Source: Candidatus Phoenicimicrobium oleiphilum (GTDB lineage: Bacteria > Atribacterota > Phoenicimicrobiia > Phoenicimicrobiales > Phoenicimicrobiaceae). Taken from it: a DNA stretch of 57,635 nt. The position numbers and the translations under genes were made by a program. Shown here one piece after another: positions 57,393 to 57,635 of the stretch. The DNA lies in contig JBDIWJ010000006.1 in assembly GCA_039638295.1 (NCBI GenBank), positions 1-57,635 on the forward strand, written 5' to 3'. The stretch's first letter is position 1. Every line of letters starts with the position of its first letter. The notes under the pieces were generated by a model that ran no database searches, had not been told where the DNA came from, and saw nothing but the letters and a program-made list of their open reading frames with translations.

Positions 57393-57635
57393 ATGATAAA
57401 AGTAAAAAAAATTAGTATTGTTTCTGTTTTAGTATTAGCTATTTGTCTTTTAGTTGGATCGGCTTTTGCTTTTGCTGCTGACAAGGTATATACCATAAGA
57501 TTTGCTCATGGTTTACCTGGTACTCATCATGTAGCTATAGAATATGCTAATTGGGCGAAGATGATAAAAGAAGAATCCAACGGGCGATTAAATGTGAAAA
57601 TATACCCAGGAGGACAGCTTTATACTGATACAAAC
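57393..57635 (+). CDS. TRAP transporter DctP substrate-binding protein, 3'-partial (not in the ORF track)
   Basis: SD AAGGAGG; signal peptide followed by IRFAH...H....WAKMIKEESNGRLNVKIYPGGQL, a typical DctP N-terminus; open to the window edge. Confidence 0.85.
   Translation, partial: MIKVKKISIVSVLVLAICLLVGSAFAFAADKVYTIRFAHGLPGTHHVAIEYANWAKMIKEESNGRLNVKIYPGGQLYTDTN

Overview
AT-rich chromosomal window from an anaerobic bacterium, with almost all genes on the + strand. Gene content is compatible with Atribacterota (JS1-like) or a Firmicutes-like anaerobe; this is an inference only. The first ~43.4 kb is mostly housekeeping: the 3' part of a bifunctional IPCT/DIPPS gene, udg, lexA with a decaying type II restriction-modification locus, polX, proBA under a Pro T-box, a pur operon under a tandem guanine + ykkC(PRPP) riboswitch, a LacI-regulated maltodextrin operon, a his operon with a YerC/HisR repressor, and a serC-serA-DUF1015 operon under an unusually short Ser T-box. 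From ~43.8 kb to the end is an accessory catabolic island: an Old Yellow Enzyme-type flavin/Fe-S oxidoreductase, a TAXI-TRAP transporter, two Isf-like flavoproteins, an IclR regulator and a fumarate-adding glycyl-radical enzyme operon of the benzylsuccinate synthase type. The operon reads activase - gamma - alpha - beta - plus a third, unannotated small 4-Cys subunit, and is followed by a secreted cyclase-family hydrolase and a DctP. Three copies of a 17-bp palindrome (TGTGAAC-N3-GTTCACA) link the island into one regulon. The alpha subunit appears to keep the fumarate-binding residues but has a more polar substrate pocket. The best candidate for an undescribed system is therefore a four-subunit-type fumarate-adding enzyme acting on a polar, transporter-imported (hetero)aromatic substrate rather than a hydrocarbon. 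Residue comparisons with reference proteins and RNAs are from memory and need real alignments. No rRNA, tRNA or CRISPR array was seen.
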